In this document: positions 1 through 12,690 of the stretch, piece by piece
Layout: each line of letters begins with the position of its first letter
Numbering within the stretch: the stretch's first letter is position 1
Origin: an uncultured Chloroflexia bacterium
GTDB taxonomy: Bacteria > Chloroflexota > Limnocylindria > Limnocylindrales > CSP1-4
Assembly: GCA_963741915.1 (NCBI GenBank)
Contig: CAVUJW010000009.1
Coordinates: 61,960-125,959, forward strand
Length of the DNA stretch: 64,000 nucleotides
Direction of reading: 5' to 3'
Position numbers and translations under genes: made by a program
The notes under the pieces: generated by a model
The model's database searches: none
What the model saw: the letters and a program-made list of their open reading frames with translations, nothing else
What the model was told of the DNA's origin: nothing

Positions 1-288
1 GCGCGGACTGTGCTCGGCCGCCGCGTTCATCAGGACGGCGGCGCGCGCCAGGTCGTCGTTGGTCGGCGAGACGAGCCGGATCGACCCGGCGACGATCGAC
101 TCGATCACCGCCTGCGTCGCCGCCATGCCCAGCTCGCGCTGGAGCAGCACGTCGAGCTCCGCGAGACCCAGGGCGCCCAGCAGCAGCGGCTCGTCCGCCC
201 GCTCGAACCAGCCGACCGCCGCGCGGTGATTGAGGTCGGCGGCGTCGGCGGCCGCGAGGATCGCCGAGGGATCGAGCAGGATCGCCAT
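1..288 (-). CDS. PIN-domain toxin (VapC-like), 3' end truncated at window edge
   Basis: Reverse translation begins MAILLDPSAILAAADAADLNHRAAVGWFER...AELDVLLQRE...SPTNDDLARAAVL, with conserved acidic residues at PIN positions. Its start overlaps the stop of the upstream antitoxin by 1 nt (ATGA). Confidence 0.5.
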   Translation of the reverse strand, partial: MAILLDPSAILAAADAADLNHRAAVGWFERADEPLLLGALGLAELDVLLQRELGMAATQAVIESIVAGSIRLVSPTNDDLARAAVLMNAAAEHSPR

Positions 289-536
289 CAGCGGCTGCCG
301 GTCCGGCGACCCGCCTCCCGCCGCGTGATCGAGCGACCGTCGAGCGACAGCCGCCCATGCGCGCTGCGCCCGATGCCGAGGAACGGGAACGCCGGCGTGG
401 CCTCGTGGCCGTCCAGCCACGCTTCGACGGCCGCCGCGATCACCGAGGTCTTGGTGGTTCGCTGACGCCGGACGTGGCGGTCGAGCCGGTCGAGAAGGTC
501 GGCATCGAGCAGGATCGTGGTCCGGACGGTCGTCAT
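288..536 (-). CDS. Ribbon-helix-helix antitoxin (VapB/CopG family)
   Basis: 82-aa ORF MTTVRTTILLDADLLDRLDRHV...AAAVEAWL has the typical RHH N-terminus. It sits upstream of and overlaps the PIN gene. Confidence 0.55.
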   Translation of the reverse strand: MTTVRTTILLDADLLDRLDRHVRRQRTTKTSVIAAAVEAWLDGHEATPAFPFLGIGRSAHGRLSLDGRSITRREAGRRTGSR

Positions 537-621
537 ATGACGTCATATCTACCACGGTGGACAGACCGCTGTCACGTCCATCACCATCCGCGGCACCCCT
601 CGCGATCCCAGGAGAGCCGCC

Positions 622-1794
622 GTGAGCCGTTTCGAGCCCAACCTGCGCATCCCCGGACCCACCGCGCTCCCGCCCTCGGTTCGCGAGGCCGGCGGGCGCC
701 AGATGGTCAATCACCGAGGCGACGAGTTCAAGGCGCTCATGCGCCGGGTCGAGGCCGGGATGCGGCCCTACTTCGGTACCCGGCACGAGGTGATCCTGCT
801 CACCTGCGCGGGCACGGGGGCCCTCGAGGCCGCCGTCGTCAACGTGCTCTCGCCGGGCGATCCGGTGCTGGCGGTCACGATGGGCGCGTTCGGGGACCGG
901 TTTGCCAAGGTGGCCGAGGTCTACGGGGCGGCGGTGACCCGGCTCGAGGTCGAATGGGGCGAGGCAGCCGGCACCGACGAGGTCCGGGCCGCCGCCTGCG
1001 GCCATCCCCGGGCTCAAGGCGGTGCTGCTGACCCACAACGAGACCTCGACCGGGCGTGACCAACGACATCGCCGCGCTCGCCGCGGCGGTCCGCGACGTC
1101 GCCCCGGACGCGCTGCTCCTCGTCGACGCGATCTCGGCCCTGGGCGCCGTCCCGTTCGACGATGGACGGCTGGGGCCTGGACCTCGTGGTCACCGGGTCC
1201 CAGAAGGCCTGGATGGCGGCGCCCGGGCATGGCGATGGCCGCCGTCGGCCCGCGGGCGTGGGCCGCGGCCGAGACGGCCCGGATGCCCCGCTTCTACCTC
1301 GACCTGCGGCGCCACCGTGAGAGCGCCAGCCAATGGCGAGACCCCGTGGACGCCCGCGGTCGCCGTCCTGTACCAGGTCGACGAGGGGCTCCGGCTGATG
1401 CAGGCCGAGGGCGACGGCGTGTTCGCGCGCCACGAGCGTGCGCCGCGGCGACCCGGGCCGGCCTCCGGGCGCTCGGGTTCGAGCTGCTGGCGCCGACGAC
1501 GTCGCGTCGCGGACGGTGACCGCGGCCACGATCCCGGAAGGGCTGGACTGGAAGGCGTTCAACGCCGCCGCCCGGGCGCGCGGCCTCGTGCTCGCGGGCG
1601 GCCAGGGCAAGCTCAAGGGCAGGATCTTCCGGGTCGGCCACCTGGGGTCGGTGACCGGCGACGACATCCTGGCCGCGATCGGCGTCCTGGAGGAGGTCGC
1701 GATCGAGCACGGGCTCGATGTCCGGCCGGGGGCCGCGGTGGCCGCCGCGCAGCGGGCGATCATCGGTCGCCGGCATGCCCGCGGCGGCCCGGGC
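622..1794 (+). CDS. Class V pyridoxal-phosphate aminotransferase (phosphoserine/serine-glyoxylate aminotransferase-like), multiple frameshifts
   Basis: Segments NHRGDEFKALMRRVEAGMRPYFG, LLLVDAISALGAVPFD, DLVVTGSQKAWMAAPG and IFRVGHLGSVTGDDILAAIGVLEE lie in three different frames. It is adjacent to serA. Confidence 0.6.
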
Positions 1795-3380
1795 ATGAGG
1801 GTCCTGGTCGTCGAGCCCCTGGCGTCGCAGGGGCTCGAGCTGCTCCGGGCCCACCACGAGGTCGACGAGCAGCTGGGGCTGCCGGCGGACGAGATCGCCG
1901 CGATCCTGCCCGAGTACGACGCGCTGGTCGTCCGCAGCCAGGTCAAGGTCGACGCCGACCTGATCGCGGCCGGCACCCGGCTGATCGTCATCGGTCGGGC
2001 GGGCGTCGGCGTGGACAACGTCGACCTCGAGGCCGCGACCCGCGCCGGGATCACCGTGGTCAACGCCCCGACCGGCAACACGATCGCGGCCGCGGAGCAC
2101 ACGCTCGCGCTCCTGTACGGGCTGGCCCGGCGCACGGCGGCAGCCGACGCCTCGATCCGGCGGGGCGAATGGAAGCGGTCGCAGTTCACCGGCGTCGAGC
2201 TGCGCGGCAAGACGCTGGGCATCGTGGGCCTGGGCAAGATCGGCCAGGCGATCGCGGTGCGCGCACGGGCGATGGAGATGACGGTCATCGCGTCTGACCC
2301 GTTCGTGACCCCCGACCAGGCCGCCAACCTGGGCGTCGGAGCTGGTGGCGTTCGACGACCTCGTCGCACGCGCCGACGTCATCACCGTCCACGTGCCGAT
2401 GAGCCGGGCCACCCGGGGGCTGATCGACGCCGCGGTCATCGAGCGCATGAAGCCCGGCGTGATGCTGCTCAACGTCGCCCGCGGCGGCATCCTCGACGAG
2501 GGAGCCGTCGCCGAGGCGCTCGGTGCCGGGCGGATCGCGGGTGCGGCGTTCGACGTGTTCGAGCACGAGCCGCCCACCGGCTCGCCGCTGCTCGATGCTC
2601 CCAACACGGTGCTCACGCCCCACCTCGGGGCGTCCACCGCGGAGGCACAGGTGGCCGTCGCCGAGGAGGTCGCCGAGCAGATCCTCGAGGTGCTCGACGG
2701 GCGGCCGGCCCGGTACGCGGTCAACGCGCCGCTGCTCACGCCCGAGACGGCCCAGGCGATCGCGCCCTACCTGCCGCTGGCCGAGATCCTGGGCCGGTTC
2801 CTGGCCCAGCTCGCGCGAACGGCCCCGCACACCCTGACCCTCGAGATCGCCGGCGAGCCCGCCGCGTTCGACGCCTCGTCGCTGGTGGCGGCGGTCCTGC
2901 GCGGCCTGCTCGAGACGGCGACGACCGAGCGCGTGAACCTGGTCAACGCGGGGGCGCATGGCGAAGGCGCGCGGCATCACGGTCATCGAGCGCAAGACGC
3001 CCAACGCCGGAGCCTTCGCGTCGCTGCTGACGCTGTCGGCCGAGACCGACGGCAGCCCCGTCACCGTGGCCGGCACCGTGGCCAACGGCGAGCCCCGGAT
3101 CGTGCGGCTCGACGAGCACACCATGGACCTCGCCCCCGCCGACTCGATGCTCATCACCCGCCACCAGGACCGGCCCGGCAGCATGGGCCGGATCGGCATG
3201 CTGCTGGGCGAGGCGGACGTCAACATCAGCGCGATGACGCTGGCCCGGTCGGCGCCGCGGGCCGACGCGTTCATGGTCCTCGCCCTCGACGACGATGTGC
3301 CGGCGGCGGTCGTCGACGCCATCCGCGCCCACCCGGCCGTGCTCGACGTGTGGACGATCCGCCTGGGCGGGGAACGGTGA
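1795..3380 (+). CDS. serA: D-3-phosphoglycerate dehydrogenase, with frameshifts near 2340 and 2950
   Basis: MRVLVVEPLASQGLELL...GRAGVGVDNVDLEAATRAGITVVNAPTGN...GKTLGIVGLGKIGQ...VNISAMTLARS includes the NAD-binding GxGxxG motif and a C-terminal ACT domain. There is strong collinear similarity to mycobacterial SerA. Confidence 0.8.
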
Positions 3381-4238
3381 CCGAGGGCGCCCCGGGCCGG
3401 GGCACCCACCCGGCACTGCCGCCGCCGATCCCGGACGGTCTCGATGCGACGCTGGTGCTGCTGCGCCACGGCGAATCGGAGTGGATCCGCCAGGGCCGGT
3501 TCCAGGGCCAGGCGGAGACGCCCCTGTCCGAGGTCGGACGCCGGCAGGCGCGGCTGGCCGCGGAGCGGCTCGCCCGCCCGCACGCCTCTCCCGCCCTGCC
3601 GGTGCCGGACGGCCGGCCGCTGGAGATCGTCCACTCGCCGCTCGCCCGGACCGCCGAGACGGCGGGTGCCGTTGCCGACGCGATGCGCGCGGCCGACGCC
3701 GGACCGGGCGGCGTCGCCGTCCGCCCCGAGCCCGGGATCACCGAGATCGGCCAGGGCGACTGGGAGGGCGAGACCCACGACGAGATCATGCGCCGCTGGT
3801 CAGCGGAGCTGGCCGCGCTGGCGCCGCCGCCCGCACGAGGCCTGGGCCCCCGGCGGCGAGTCGCTGGCCGACGTCCGGGCCCGCGTCGCGCCGGCGCTCG
3901 CGCTCGTCCTGGAGCGCCTCGGTCGCGACTTCCCGAGAGGCACGCTCGACCGGCCGCAGGTCGGCGGCTACCGGGGCGTCGGCGCGGGTCCCGGCCAGCC
4001 GTGGTCGATCCTGGTCGGCCACGACGGCGTGTTCAAGATCGTGATGCTGACGCTGTTCGGCCTGCCGCTCGACCGGTTCTGGATGTTCACCTTCGCCCTG
4101 TGCGGGATCACCGTCGTCGAGATCCGCGGCGGGCGGGCGGTGGTCCGGGCGCACAACCTGACCGAGCATCTCGTGCCGCTGCTGGACGAGGAGGCCCGGG
4201 CGGCCGCCGATCGGCGGGCGCGCTCCGGAGCCCTGTAG
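3376..4238 (+). CDS. Histidine phosphatase / phosphoglycerate mutase family protein, frameshift near 3830
   Basis: [37 protein letters not shown] contains the RHG catalytic motif. GTG start overlaps the serA stop (GTGA). Confidence 0.6.
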
Positions 4239-4288
4239 CGCGAACCCCAGCCCCGACGGCAGGGCCGGCCGCGTGGCTCGCTGCGAGC

Positions 4289-6587
4289 CTACGTGCGTCG
4301 CCCCCGGCGGCGTCCGCCGCGATGAGCGCGACGAAGCACCAGCCGGAGCAGCGAGATCCGCAGCCGCCGCGTCGCGTCGCGCAGGGCCTGGAGGCGGTCG
4401 CCGCCCAGCCGGAGCTGCGCATAGGCGGTCTCCACCTTGGCGTCGGCGACGGTCTTGAGGTCGGCGCGTGCGACCGGCACCAGCTCGCCCAGCGAGGCCG
4501 CGTACTCGTACACGGTCTCGGTGGGTCGCGGCCCGAAGCCCAGCCTGGCGGCCGCGTGCGACATCGTGCGCCACGCCGCGTCGGGGGTGACCTCGTCGAC
4601 GCGGCCCCCGCAGCCACGCCGCCAGCGCGACCCCGCCGACGAGCAGCACCAGCAGCACCGTCAGGACGAGGAACACGCCGCGATCCCCCGGCTGGTTGAG
4701 CGTGACCGGGCCCTGCGGCCCGCTGTCGCCGGTGGCGCCCTGGGGTCGTCGCGTCGGGTCGAGCACATTGGCGCCGTCCGCCGGCTTGCCGGGGCTCGCA
4801 CTCGGGACCGGCGGGCCCTCGCGGATCTCGGACGGCCGGCCGACGCTGCCGGTCGGATCGAACGGGATCCAGCCGTAGCCCGGGAAGTAGACCTCGACCC
4901 ACGCGTGCGCCCCCTTGTTGCGGACCGTCTCGGTCGTCCCGGTCCGGTCGCCGGGCAGGAAGCCCTGGACCAGGCGGGTCGGGATCGGGCTGCCGGGCAG
5001 CGCGGCTCGCAGCAGGATCGCCATCGTCGAGGCGTAGTGGAGGCAGTACCCCTGCTGGGTCTGGGCGAAGCACTCGACGGCGCTGGGCGAGCTGCACTCG
5101 ACGTCGCGGATGTCGGTGTTGTAGGTGAAGTGCGAGGGGTCCCGCAGGTAGGTCTGGATGGCAACCGCGATGTCGTACGGGTTGTCCGTCCGGGCCGTGG
5201 TCAGGATCTTGCTCAGCAGCGCCGAGGCCGCCGGCCCGATCGCTCCGTCGGGGACCCCGGTGTACTGGGCGAGGATGTCGGCCGGGTACTCCTGCGACGC
5301 CGCCCGCAGCCGGTTCGCGCTGATCACGTCCTCGTCCGACAGCCGGAGCAGGCTGGCGTCGACGGTGTAGCTCATCCCGCCGTTGGGCAGCTCGACCCCC
5401 GAGAACCACCCCGACTCGCCCGTCAGCAGGACGTCGGTCGAGGTGTCCGCGCTGGTCGGCGTCCCGGGGCTGAGCAGGGCTCGATCGACGAACGTGTCGG
5501 GCTGGATCGTGACCTGGATCTGGGTCGTCTCGTCCGGCGACGGATCCTCCGGCGTGCCGGCCAGCAGCGGCGTGCCGGCGGCGATCGGGACGCTGGTGAT
5601 CCCGGTCTGCTGCCAGCCGTTGAGCACGAACGTGTCGTAGGTCGCCGCCCGCCAGTACATGTCGCCGGCATCGGCGGGCACGGTGGCCTGGAACGCGACC
5701 CCGTCGTCGCTGAACCACTTGCCGGCGATCCGGGCGGTGGAGCCGAACGTGACGCCGCCGCCGCCGCGAAGGTCGCCGCCGACGGGAAACAGCCGGCTGA
5801 TCGTCTCGGCGACATCGACCAGCTGAGCATCCATCCCGTGCCACGCGCCGGCCAGCGGCGCCGATGCGGCCCGTTGGGTGAGCACGAGCGAGCCCAGCAG
5901 CGCGGCCAGGATGAACACGGTCCCGCCCCGCAGGTAAAGCGCCGAGATCGTGCCCGGATCGCCGATCTGGCGCCGGATCCAGGTGGTCCGCTCGTCGAAC
6001 GCGTGCATCTCGATCAGCAGCAACAGCGACATCGCCGTGAACAGCACCAGGTAGACCAGCTGGTCGCGACTGGTGAGCGCCATGTTGGCGATCAGCACCA
6101 GCCCGACGACCACGACGCCGTTGAGCGGATGGTGATGCCCGAACACGGCGTAGGCGGCGAACTGCGCCGTCGCCCACACGATGGCGCCCAGGACCAGGAT
6201 GTAGTGGACCTCCTGGTCGGTGAACGGCAGCCCGCGCCACGCGATGTCGAGGTACGCCTCAACCGTGCCGTGGGCGGTCGCTTGGAACGCGTCGGCGATC
6301 GACGAGCCGGGCAGGACCGCCCAGCCGGCGACGATCGGGATCACCAGGCCCGCGAACACGGCTCCGACGAGGTGGGTCGTCCAGCGGCCCCATCGGGCCT
6401 TGGCGCCGACGAACCCCGATGCCACGCCCAGCAAGGCGCACGGGACGAGCCCATCGGTGAGCGCCTGCCGCCCGTTGACCCAGGCCGGGTCGTCGATCGC
6501 CTTGGCCAGCACGATCGAGATCAGGATCACCAGGCCCAGCGTGAGCCAGCCTTCCTCGGGTCGGAGCCGCGACCGCTCCGTGATCAT
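4289..6587 (-). CDS. Transglutaminase-like membrane protein (TgpA-like), frameshift near 4600
   Basis: Multiple N-terminal TM helices. Transglutaminase core [31 protein letters not shown]...[22 protein letters not shown]-terminal TM followed by a [12 protein letters not shown] tail in a second frame. Confidence 0.8.
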
Positions 6588-7798
6588 CGGGCAAGGGCCT
6601 CGGCGAGCGGCCGGTCCGGCCCGACCACGAAGGTCGGCAGCTCGAACTCGGCCAGGGCGTGGCGCACCGCGCGCACGCGCTGGTGCTGGAGCTCCGCGCC
6701 CATCGCGTCCGGGTTGGGCGCGAACGCGGCCTGGTCGAGCAGGACGACGACGGCGCTGATGCCGCGGCCGCGGAGCGTCGCGAGCGGGCGGATGAACCCG
6801 GGGTCGGTCGAGGCCGTGATCACGATCGCGGTCATCCCCCGCCGCAGCCGGTTGAGCCCGGTGATCAGGCCCTCGGCCAGCGGCACCCGCCCGTCCGCCT
6901 CCACGGCCGCGAGCAGCTGGAGGATCTTGAGCCGCTGGCGGCCGCCGCGATCGGCAGGCAGCACCGTCAGCCGGTGCGCGTTGACCGTCAGCCCCACGGC
7001 ACGGTTCTCGCCCAGGGCCTTGTCGGCGATGGACGCGGCGGCCCGCACCGCCACCTCGGTCGTCGACCGCTCGCCCTCCCCGGCCTCGGCGGCCGCCTCG
7101 AGGTCCAGGAACAGCCACGCGTCGGCGGTCTGCTCGAGCTCGAACTCCTTGACCTGGATCTCGCCCAGCCGTGCCGTCGTGCGCCAGTGGATCCGGTTCA
7201 TCGAGTCGCCCGGGGCGTAGGGCCGGACGGTCGTCGCCAGCGGGGTCGTCTGCAGCGTGCGCTCGGGCGACGCATGGGCGCCCTCGATATTGGCCGGTGG
7301 GAGCCGCCACAGCGGCAGGACCTCGATCCGCGGGTAGACGACCAGCGTCACCCCCTGCCCCACCGCGGCGGCCGCCTCGAAGAACCCGAACGGATCACCG
7401 GTCCGGATCATGAGCGGCTCGATCCGGAAGTGCCCCCGGCGCATGAGCGGCGCGCGGACCAGCCAGCTGCGCTCCTGTCGTCCACCCAGCGACAGCGCCC
7501 GGCCGGGCAACCCGCCCGGCAGCGTGGTCGGGTTGTGGACCTCGAGCCACGGCTTGCGGATCCGCCCCGTGTTGCGCAGCGTGTAGGTGACCCGCAGCCG
7601 GTCGCCGACGTGCCCGCTCAGCTGGGACACGGCGTAGCCTGCTTCGAGGTCGGACAGCCCCAGCCGGGTCAGGATGTAGCTCCCGCCACCCACCAGCAGC
7701 CCGACGTAGACCAGGAAGAACAGGAACGGCAACCCGGTCGAGAACGCCGCGACGAGGAGGACCACGGCGAGGACGAGGAGCTGGAGCCGACGGAGCAC
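6584..7798 (-). CDS. DUF58 domain protein (VWA-like), MoxR operon partner
   Basis: 404-aa intact ORF with N-terminal TM pair and a DUF58-like region. Its stop overlaps the TgpA start (ATGA). Confidence 0.7.
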   Translation of the reverse strand: MLRRLQLLVLAVVLLVAAFSTGLPFLFFLVYVGLLVGGGSYILTRLGLSDLEAGYAVSQLSGHVGDRLRVTYTLRNTGRIRKPWLEVHNPTTLPGGLPGRALSLGGRQERSWLVRAPLMRRGHFRIEPLMIRTGDPFGFFEAAAAVGQGVTLVVYPRIEVLPLWRLPPANIEGAHASPERTLQTTPLATTVRPYAPGDSMNRIHWRTTARLGEIQVKEFELEQTADAWLFLDLEAAAEAGEGERSTTEVAVRAAASIADKALGENRAVGLTVNAHRLTVLPADRGGRQRLKILQLLAAVEADGRVPLAEGLITGLNRLRRGMTAIVITASTDPGFIRPLATLRGRGISAVVVLLDQAAFAPNPDAMGAELQHQRVRAVRHALAEFELPTFVVGPDRPLAEALAR

Positions 7799-7837
7799 GA
7801 GGCTCGAACCTCCGTTCGACGAGGGCGCGGATCCTGG

Positions 7838-8824
7838 TCAGCCGGCCGTGGGGCTCGGGGTGACCTCGCGCGGGCCGCCGGTCTGGCGGGCGGCCTCGAT
7901 CGGTGTGCTGTCCAGCAGCTCGCGCACGACGTGGGCGGCGCTCACGTCGTGGATCGAGGCGCTGGTCTTGATGATCACGCGGTGTGCCAGCGCGGACTCG
8001 GCCAGCGCCTTCACGTCGTCGGGGATGACGTAGTCGCGGCCCAGGAGGCCGGCCAGGGCCTGCGAGGCCCGGTAGAGAGCGATGGAGCCACGCGGGCTCG
8101 CGCCGAGGTAGACATCGGGGTGGGAGCGGGTCGCGGACACGAGCCGCACGATGTAGTCGCTGACCGCCGGGTCCACGTAGATCTCGCGGACACCGGCCTG
8201 GAGCTCGCGCAGCTCGTCCACCGAGCACACCTCGGTCAGGTCCTCGAGGGGATGCGTCCGCTTCTGCTCGTCGAGGATCACGATCTCGTCGAGCAGCTGC
8301 GGGTAGCCCAGCCGGATGCGGAGCATGAACCGGTCCAGCTGCGCCTCGGGCAGCGCGAACGTGCCCTCGTACTCGATCGGGTTCTGGGTGGCGATGACCA
8401 GGAACGGGTCGGGCATCCGGTGGGTGACGCCATCGATCGTCGCCTGGCGCTCTTCCATGCACTCGAGCAGGGCGCTCTGGGTCTTGGGGGTCGCCCGGTT
8501 GATCTCGTCGGCGAGGACGACCTGGCTCATGATCGGGCCGGGCCGGAACTCGAACTCCTGGGTCTTCTGGTTGTAGATCGAGAGCCCGGTCACGTCGGAT
8601 GGCAGCAGGTCCGGGGTGAACTGGATCCGCCGGAACGAGCACCCCAGGCTCCGGGCGATCGCCTTGGCGAGCATGGTCTTGCCGGTGCCCGGAACGTCCT
8701 CGATCAGGAGATGCCCCCGGCACAGGAGGGCCACGAGGGCCAGGCGCACCTCGTGGTGCTTGCCCACGATCACGCGTTCGACGTTGGCCAGGACCCTGTC
8801 GCCGACCTGCTGGATGCTGCTCAT
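7838..8824 (-). CDS. MoxR-family AAA+ ATPase
   Basis: Walker [24 protein letters not shown] and Walker [21 protein letters not shown]. The MoxR C-terminal region is intact and the product is about 329 aa. Confidence 0.85.
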   Translation of the reverse strand: MSSIQQVGDRVLANVERVIVGKHHEVRLALVALLCRGHLLIEDVPGTGKTMLAKAIARSLGCSFRRIQFTPDLLPSDVTGLSIYNQKTQEFEFRPGPIMSQVVLADEINRATPKTQSALLECMEERQATIDGVTHRMPDPFLVIATQNPIEYEGTFALPEAQLDRFMLRIRLGYPQLLDEIVILDEQKRTHPLEDLTEVCSVDELRELQAGVREIYVDPAVSDYIVRLVSATRSHPDVYLGASPRGSIALYRASQALAGLLGRDYVIPDDVKALAESALAHRVIIKTSASIHDVSAAHVVRELLDSTPIEAARQTGGPREVTPSPTAG

Positions 8825-8988
8825 CGAACTCCCGTCGCGTGCGACCGCCGGGTCTGGCGGCTGTCCCGCACCGGGCGATGCCGCCGGGTGCGTCCCTCCA
8901 ATGACGTCGCACAACGGGGATCGGGGCGCGGCGACGTCGTGCCTCTGGTCCAGTGTACGACCCGACCGCGATTCCGGTTCACGGGCGG

Positions 8989-9198
8989 TCAGCCGCGGAA
9001 CAGCGTGAGCCCGCCCACCCACAGGACCATCAGGCAGCCCACCACGCCCATCACGCCCAGGTACGGCTCCCCGCCCAGGAACGAGGCGCCGGCGACCAGC
9101 GCGAACATCGCGGCGATCAGGACCGCGATCACGGCCAGCCCGACGCGCTCCACCATCGGTCGCGGCGGACGATCGGGCCCCGTGGGCGGAGGCGCCAT
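8989..9198 (-). CDS. Small membrane protein (hypothetical)
   Basis: 69-aa ORF with two hydrophobic helices. Its ATG overlaps the pbpA stop (ATGA), which suggests translational coupling. Confidence 0.4.
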   Translation of the reverse strand: MAPPPTGPDRPPRPMVERVGLAVIAVLIAAMFALVAGASFLGGEPYLGVMGVVGCLMVLWVGGLTLFRG

Positions 9199-10650
9199 CA
9201 GGGCTGCCCGTACAGCTGGAAGTAGCGGCCGAGCAGGGAGCCGGCCAGCGGCGCCGCCCGCTCGCCGCCGCGACCGCCCTGCTCGACCACGACGGCGATG
9301 GCCACCCTGGGATGGTCGACCGGGGCGAAGCCGATGAACCAGGAGTTGGGCTCGCCCGTGCCGCCCAGCTCGGCCGTCCCCGACTTGCCCGCGGTCGGGA
9401 TGCCCGGGACGGCGGCGCCGGAGGTGAACAGCCGCCCGAGGTCGCCCTCCACCGCCTGCTCCATCGCGGCCTGGATCGACTGGGCGTCGGCGGCCGACAG
9501 CACCCGCTGCCAGGTCTGGGGACCGATCGTCCGGGCCCCCGGGCCGGTGCCCGTCAGGGCGCTCACGAGGTAGGGCTTCATGAGCACCCCGTCGTCGGCG
9601 ACGGCCGACGCGACGAGGGCCATCTGGAGCGGCGTGACGAACGTCTGGCCCTGGCCGAACGACGCGGCGGCCAGCTCGACGTCATCGCGAACCCGCCCGG
9701 CGCGCTGCCGTTCCCCGACGTGACTCGGCTGACTGCGGTCGGCAGGTCGAACGGGATGGGCGCCCCGAAGCCCAGCCGGCCGGCCGTGTCCACCAGGCTG
9801 GCGCCACCGGTGGCGAGGCCCGTCGAGCGCATACCAGATGTTGCAGCTCACCTCGGTTGCGCCGACCAGGTCGAGCGGCGTGTCGCCGGTCTGGGGATGA
9901 TGGCCGTCCTTGATCCGGAACCCGCTCACCAGGAGGCCCCTGCGCTCCGCTCCCGGCTGCTGCGGGTACGTGGTCTGGGGCGTGATCGCGCCCGTGTCAG
10001 CCCCGCGATCGCGGTCACGATCTTGAACACCGATCCCGGGACGTACCGGCCGAGCGTCGCCCGCGGCAGGAGCGGGTTCGAACCGTCGGTGCGCAGCTGC
10101 TCGAACGCGGCGCCCGCCGTGGCCGGGTCGGCGATCGCCGAGGCGTCATAGGTGGGCGTGGATGCGAGCGCCAGGACCTGCCCGGTGGTCGGGTCCAGCA
10201 TCACCACCGCGCCGCGATCCCGGCCCAGGCCGTTGACGGCGGCCCGCTGCAGCCGCAGGTCCAGGGTCAGCTGGAGGCCGAGCGGGTCGCGATTGCTCGG
10301 CGCCCAGCTTGTCCAGCAGCCCGTCGAACGGGTCCGACCCCGACAGGCCCAGCAGCTCGGCGTTGTAGGTGCGCTCGAGGTCCGCGGTCCCGAACTGCCG
10401 CGAGGCATAGCCGACCACGTGGCTGATCGAGTCGTCCCGGTACTCGCGGACGGCCTCGCCATTGGCGTCGCGCGAGCTGCGCGCGAGCCAGCGCCCGTCG
10501 CGATCGACGATCGGACCCCGCAGCGCCCGGCGCGCCACGGCGATGACTGCCGGGTTGTCGGCCGACCTCGAAAGGCGCTGCGCCTCCACGACCTGCCACC
10601 AGCCGGCGCCCAGCGCGAGCACCGCGAACGCGGTCGACCAGGGCGACCCC
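9198..10650 (-). CDS. pbpA: Penicillin-binding protein (PbpA-like D,D-transpeptidase), at least 3 frameshifts
   Basis: The SxxK active site [10 protein letters not shown] and the C-terminal TAGKSGTAE...NSWFIGFAP...[14 protein letters not shown] are split over ORFs 9198-9929, 9926-10462 and 10146-10622. Confidence 0.75.
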
Positions 10651-10694
10651 CGTTCGCAGCACGTTGCCGCCGATGGACCGGCCGCTGGCGCCGC

Positions 10695-12240
10695 TCACCG
10701 GGCCGGTGCTCCGGCCTGCGCGCCGGCGCCCGCCCCGCCGCTTCCGGTCGCCACGGGCGCGCCGGCCCCGCCGCTTCCGGTCGCCCGGCGACCGCGGGCG
10801 CGCCGCATCCCCGGCAGCCACCGGCGGGTCCGCGGCGGGGGCGGCGGCTCCGCGCCCGGGTCGGACAGCGCGAGCAGCAGCCCGATCACGAGCGCGTTGG
10901 CGAGCAGCGACGACCCGCCGTACGAGATGAACGGCAGCGTGATCCCCGTGAGCGGGATGAGCTTGAGGTTGCCGGCCGCGATGATGAACGCCTGGACCGC
11001 GACCACCAGCGCGAGCCCGGCGGCGAGCAGTGCCCGGAACTCGTCGTGCGGCGGCGGCCGCGATCCGCAGCCCCCGCTCGACCACGACCAGGTACAGCCC
11101 GAGGATCGCCAGCAGTCCGATCAGGCCGAGCTCCTCGCCCAGCGCGGCCAGCGGGTAGTCGGTGTGCACCGCCGGGATCGGCAGGCGGCCGCCGATGGTG
11201 GGCAGCCCCGCGCCCAGGCCGACCCCGAGCAGGCCGCCCCGGGCGAAGGCGTACAGCGCCTGGACCGTCTGGAAGCCGGCACCCAATGGATCGCGGAACG
11301 GATCGAGCCAGTTGTCGACCCGCTGCTGGACGTGCCCGAACAGGTTGTACAGGGCCCACGATCCGACCAGGAACAGGATCGTCCCGCCCACCACGTACGA
11401 CGGCCGGCCCGTCGCGACGTACAGCAGCGCCAGGAACACGGCGAAGAACAGCAGCGCCGCGCCCAGGTCACGCTGCACGACCACGATGCCCAGGGCGATC
11501 GCCCACATGGCGACCATCGGGGCGAGGTACGGGATCGGCGGCAGGCGGAGCGGCCCCAGGCGCGTGCTCTCGTCCGCCAGCAGCGAGCGGTTCTCGCTCA
11601 GGTACCCGGCGAGGAACACGACCAGGATCACCTTGAGCAGCTCCGATGGCTGGCCGGACAGGGGCCCGATCGAAAGCGTCAGCCGGGCCCCGTTGACATC
11701 GCTGCCGAACACGAACGTCAGCAGCAGGAGCACGATGCCCACCGCGGCCCAGGTGTACTTGTAGGTCCGCAGCCAGGCGTCCGACCGCACGGCGAGCGCG
11801 AGCGCGCGCGATCACGGTGAGCGCGATCAGCAGCCAGCCGAGCTGCAGCTGGCCGAGCCCGAACAGCGCATCCCCGAACGATTGGGTGACCAGTGTCTGC
11901 GGGCAGCCGCTGCATCAGCAGCAGGCCGATACCGCCCAGCAGCGCGACGGCCGGCAGCAGCACCTGGTCCGTGCGCCGTCCCGCGAGCACGAACGCGACG
12001 TGGACCACGAACAGCGCGCCCAGGTACACCAGCAGGGCGCGCGGGTCGGGCGGCACGAAGTCGAGGGCATGGACCGCGTGCCCGGCGGCGAGCGTGCGCT
12101 CCACGCGCTGGGTGGCACCCAGCGATGCGGCGCCCACGACCAGCGCGAGCGACGCCAGGCCGAGCAGCGCGAGCTCCGTCGGGCGCGGTCGGGGACGGAT
12201 CCGCCAGCCGGGGACGCATCGGCCGGTCGGGCCTGCGCCA
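10695..12240 (-). CDS. rodA: SEDS family peptidoglycan polymerase (RodA/FtsW), frameshifts
   Basis: N-terminal TM (TELALLGLASLALVV...LLMQRL), core (SGQPSELLKVILVVFLAGYL...GLGAGLP...PAVHTDYP) and C-terminus (GITLPFISYGGSSLL) are in different frames. Confidence 0.75.
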
Positions 12241-12690
12241 AGGCGCTCATCCGGCGACCCCGGTCCAGTCGGAACCGTACCTCGCCCACCTGGAGCTCGT
12301 CGCCGAACCCGAGCGGCCGAGCCGGGTCCACCGGCACACCGTTGACGAACGTGCCGTTGGTGCTGCCGAGGTCCTCTACGTACCAGGCCCGGCCACGGAA
12401 GGTCAGCACCGCGTGCTCCGACGACGCGAACGGGTCGTCGACGACGATGGTGTTGTTGACGTCGCGGCCGAGCGTGGTCACCGCGTCCAGCGGGAACGAC
12501 GTCCCGGCCGGTGGCTCGCCGTTGGGCGAGGCGAGCACGACGAGCCGGCCGAGCTCCGCCGGCCCACGGGACGGCCGCGCGGAGGTCGCGCAGCAGCACC
12601 CGCGCCACGGCGAACAGGAACGACGTACAGCAGGACCAGGAACAGGATCCGGACCAGCCACAGCGTCAGGACGAAGCCGTCCACGGTCAG
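12240..12690 (-). CDS. fhaB: FHA-domain membrane protein (FhaB/FipA-like), frameshifted
   Basis: N-terminal TM VLTLWLVRILFLVLLYVV. C-terminal FHA domain LGRDVNNTIVVDDPFASSEHAVLTFRGRAWYVEDLGSTNGTFVNG. Confidence 0.65.

Noticed and set aside
3786-7310. 1174-aa ORF on the minus strand (and its 5' extension beyond 6587) as a giant protein
   Set aside because: Stop-codon scarcity in 72% GC DNA extends the ORF upstream through the DUF58 gene frame. The real TgpA-like gene starts at the ATG overlapping the DUF58 stop (6587) and ends near 4289.
1014-9337. Numerous long antisense or overlapping ORFs (for example 1014-2369 minus, 1294-2739 minus, 4108-6240 minus, 4437-7220 plus, 6659-9337 plus, 2285-3778 minus)
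   Set aside because: Arg/Pro/Gly-rich low-complexity translations typical of wrong-frame or antisense reading of high-GC genes. Each overlaps a well-supported gene on the other strand.
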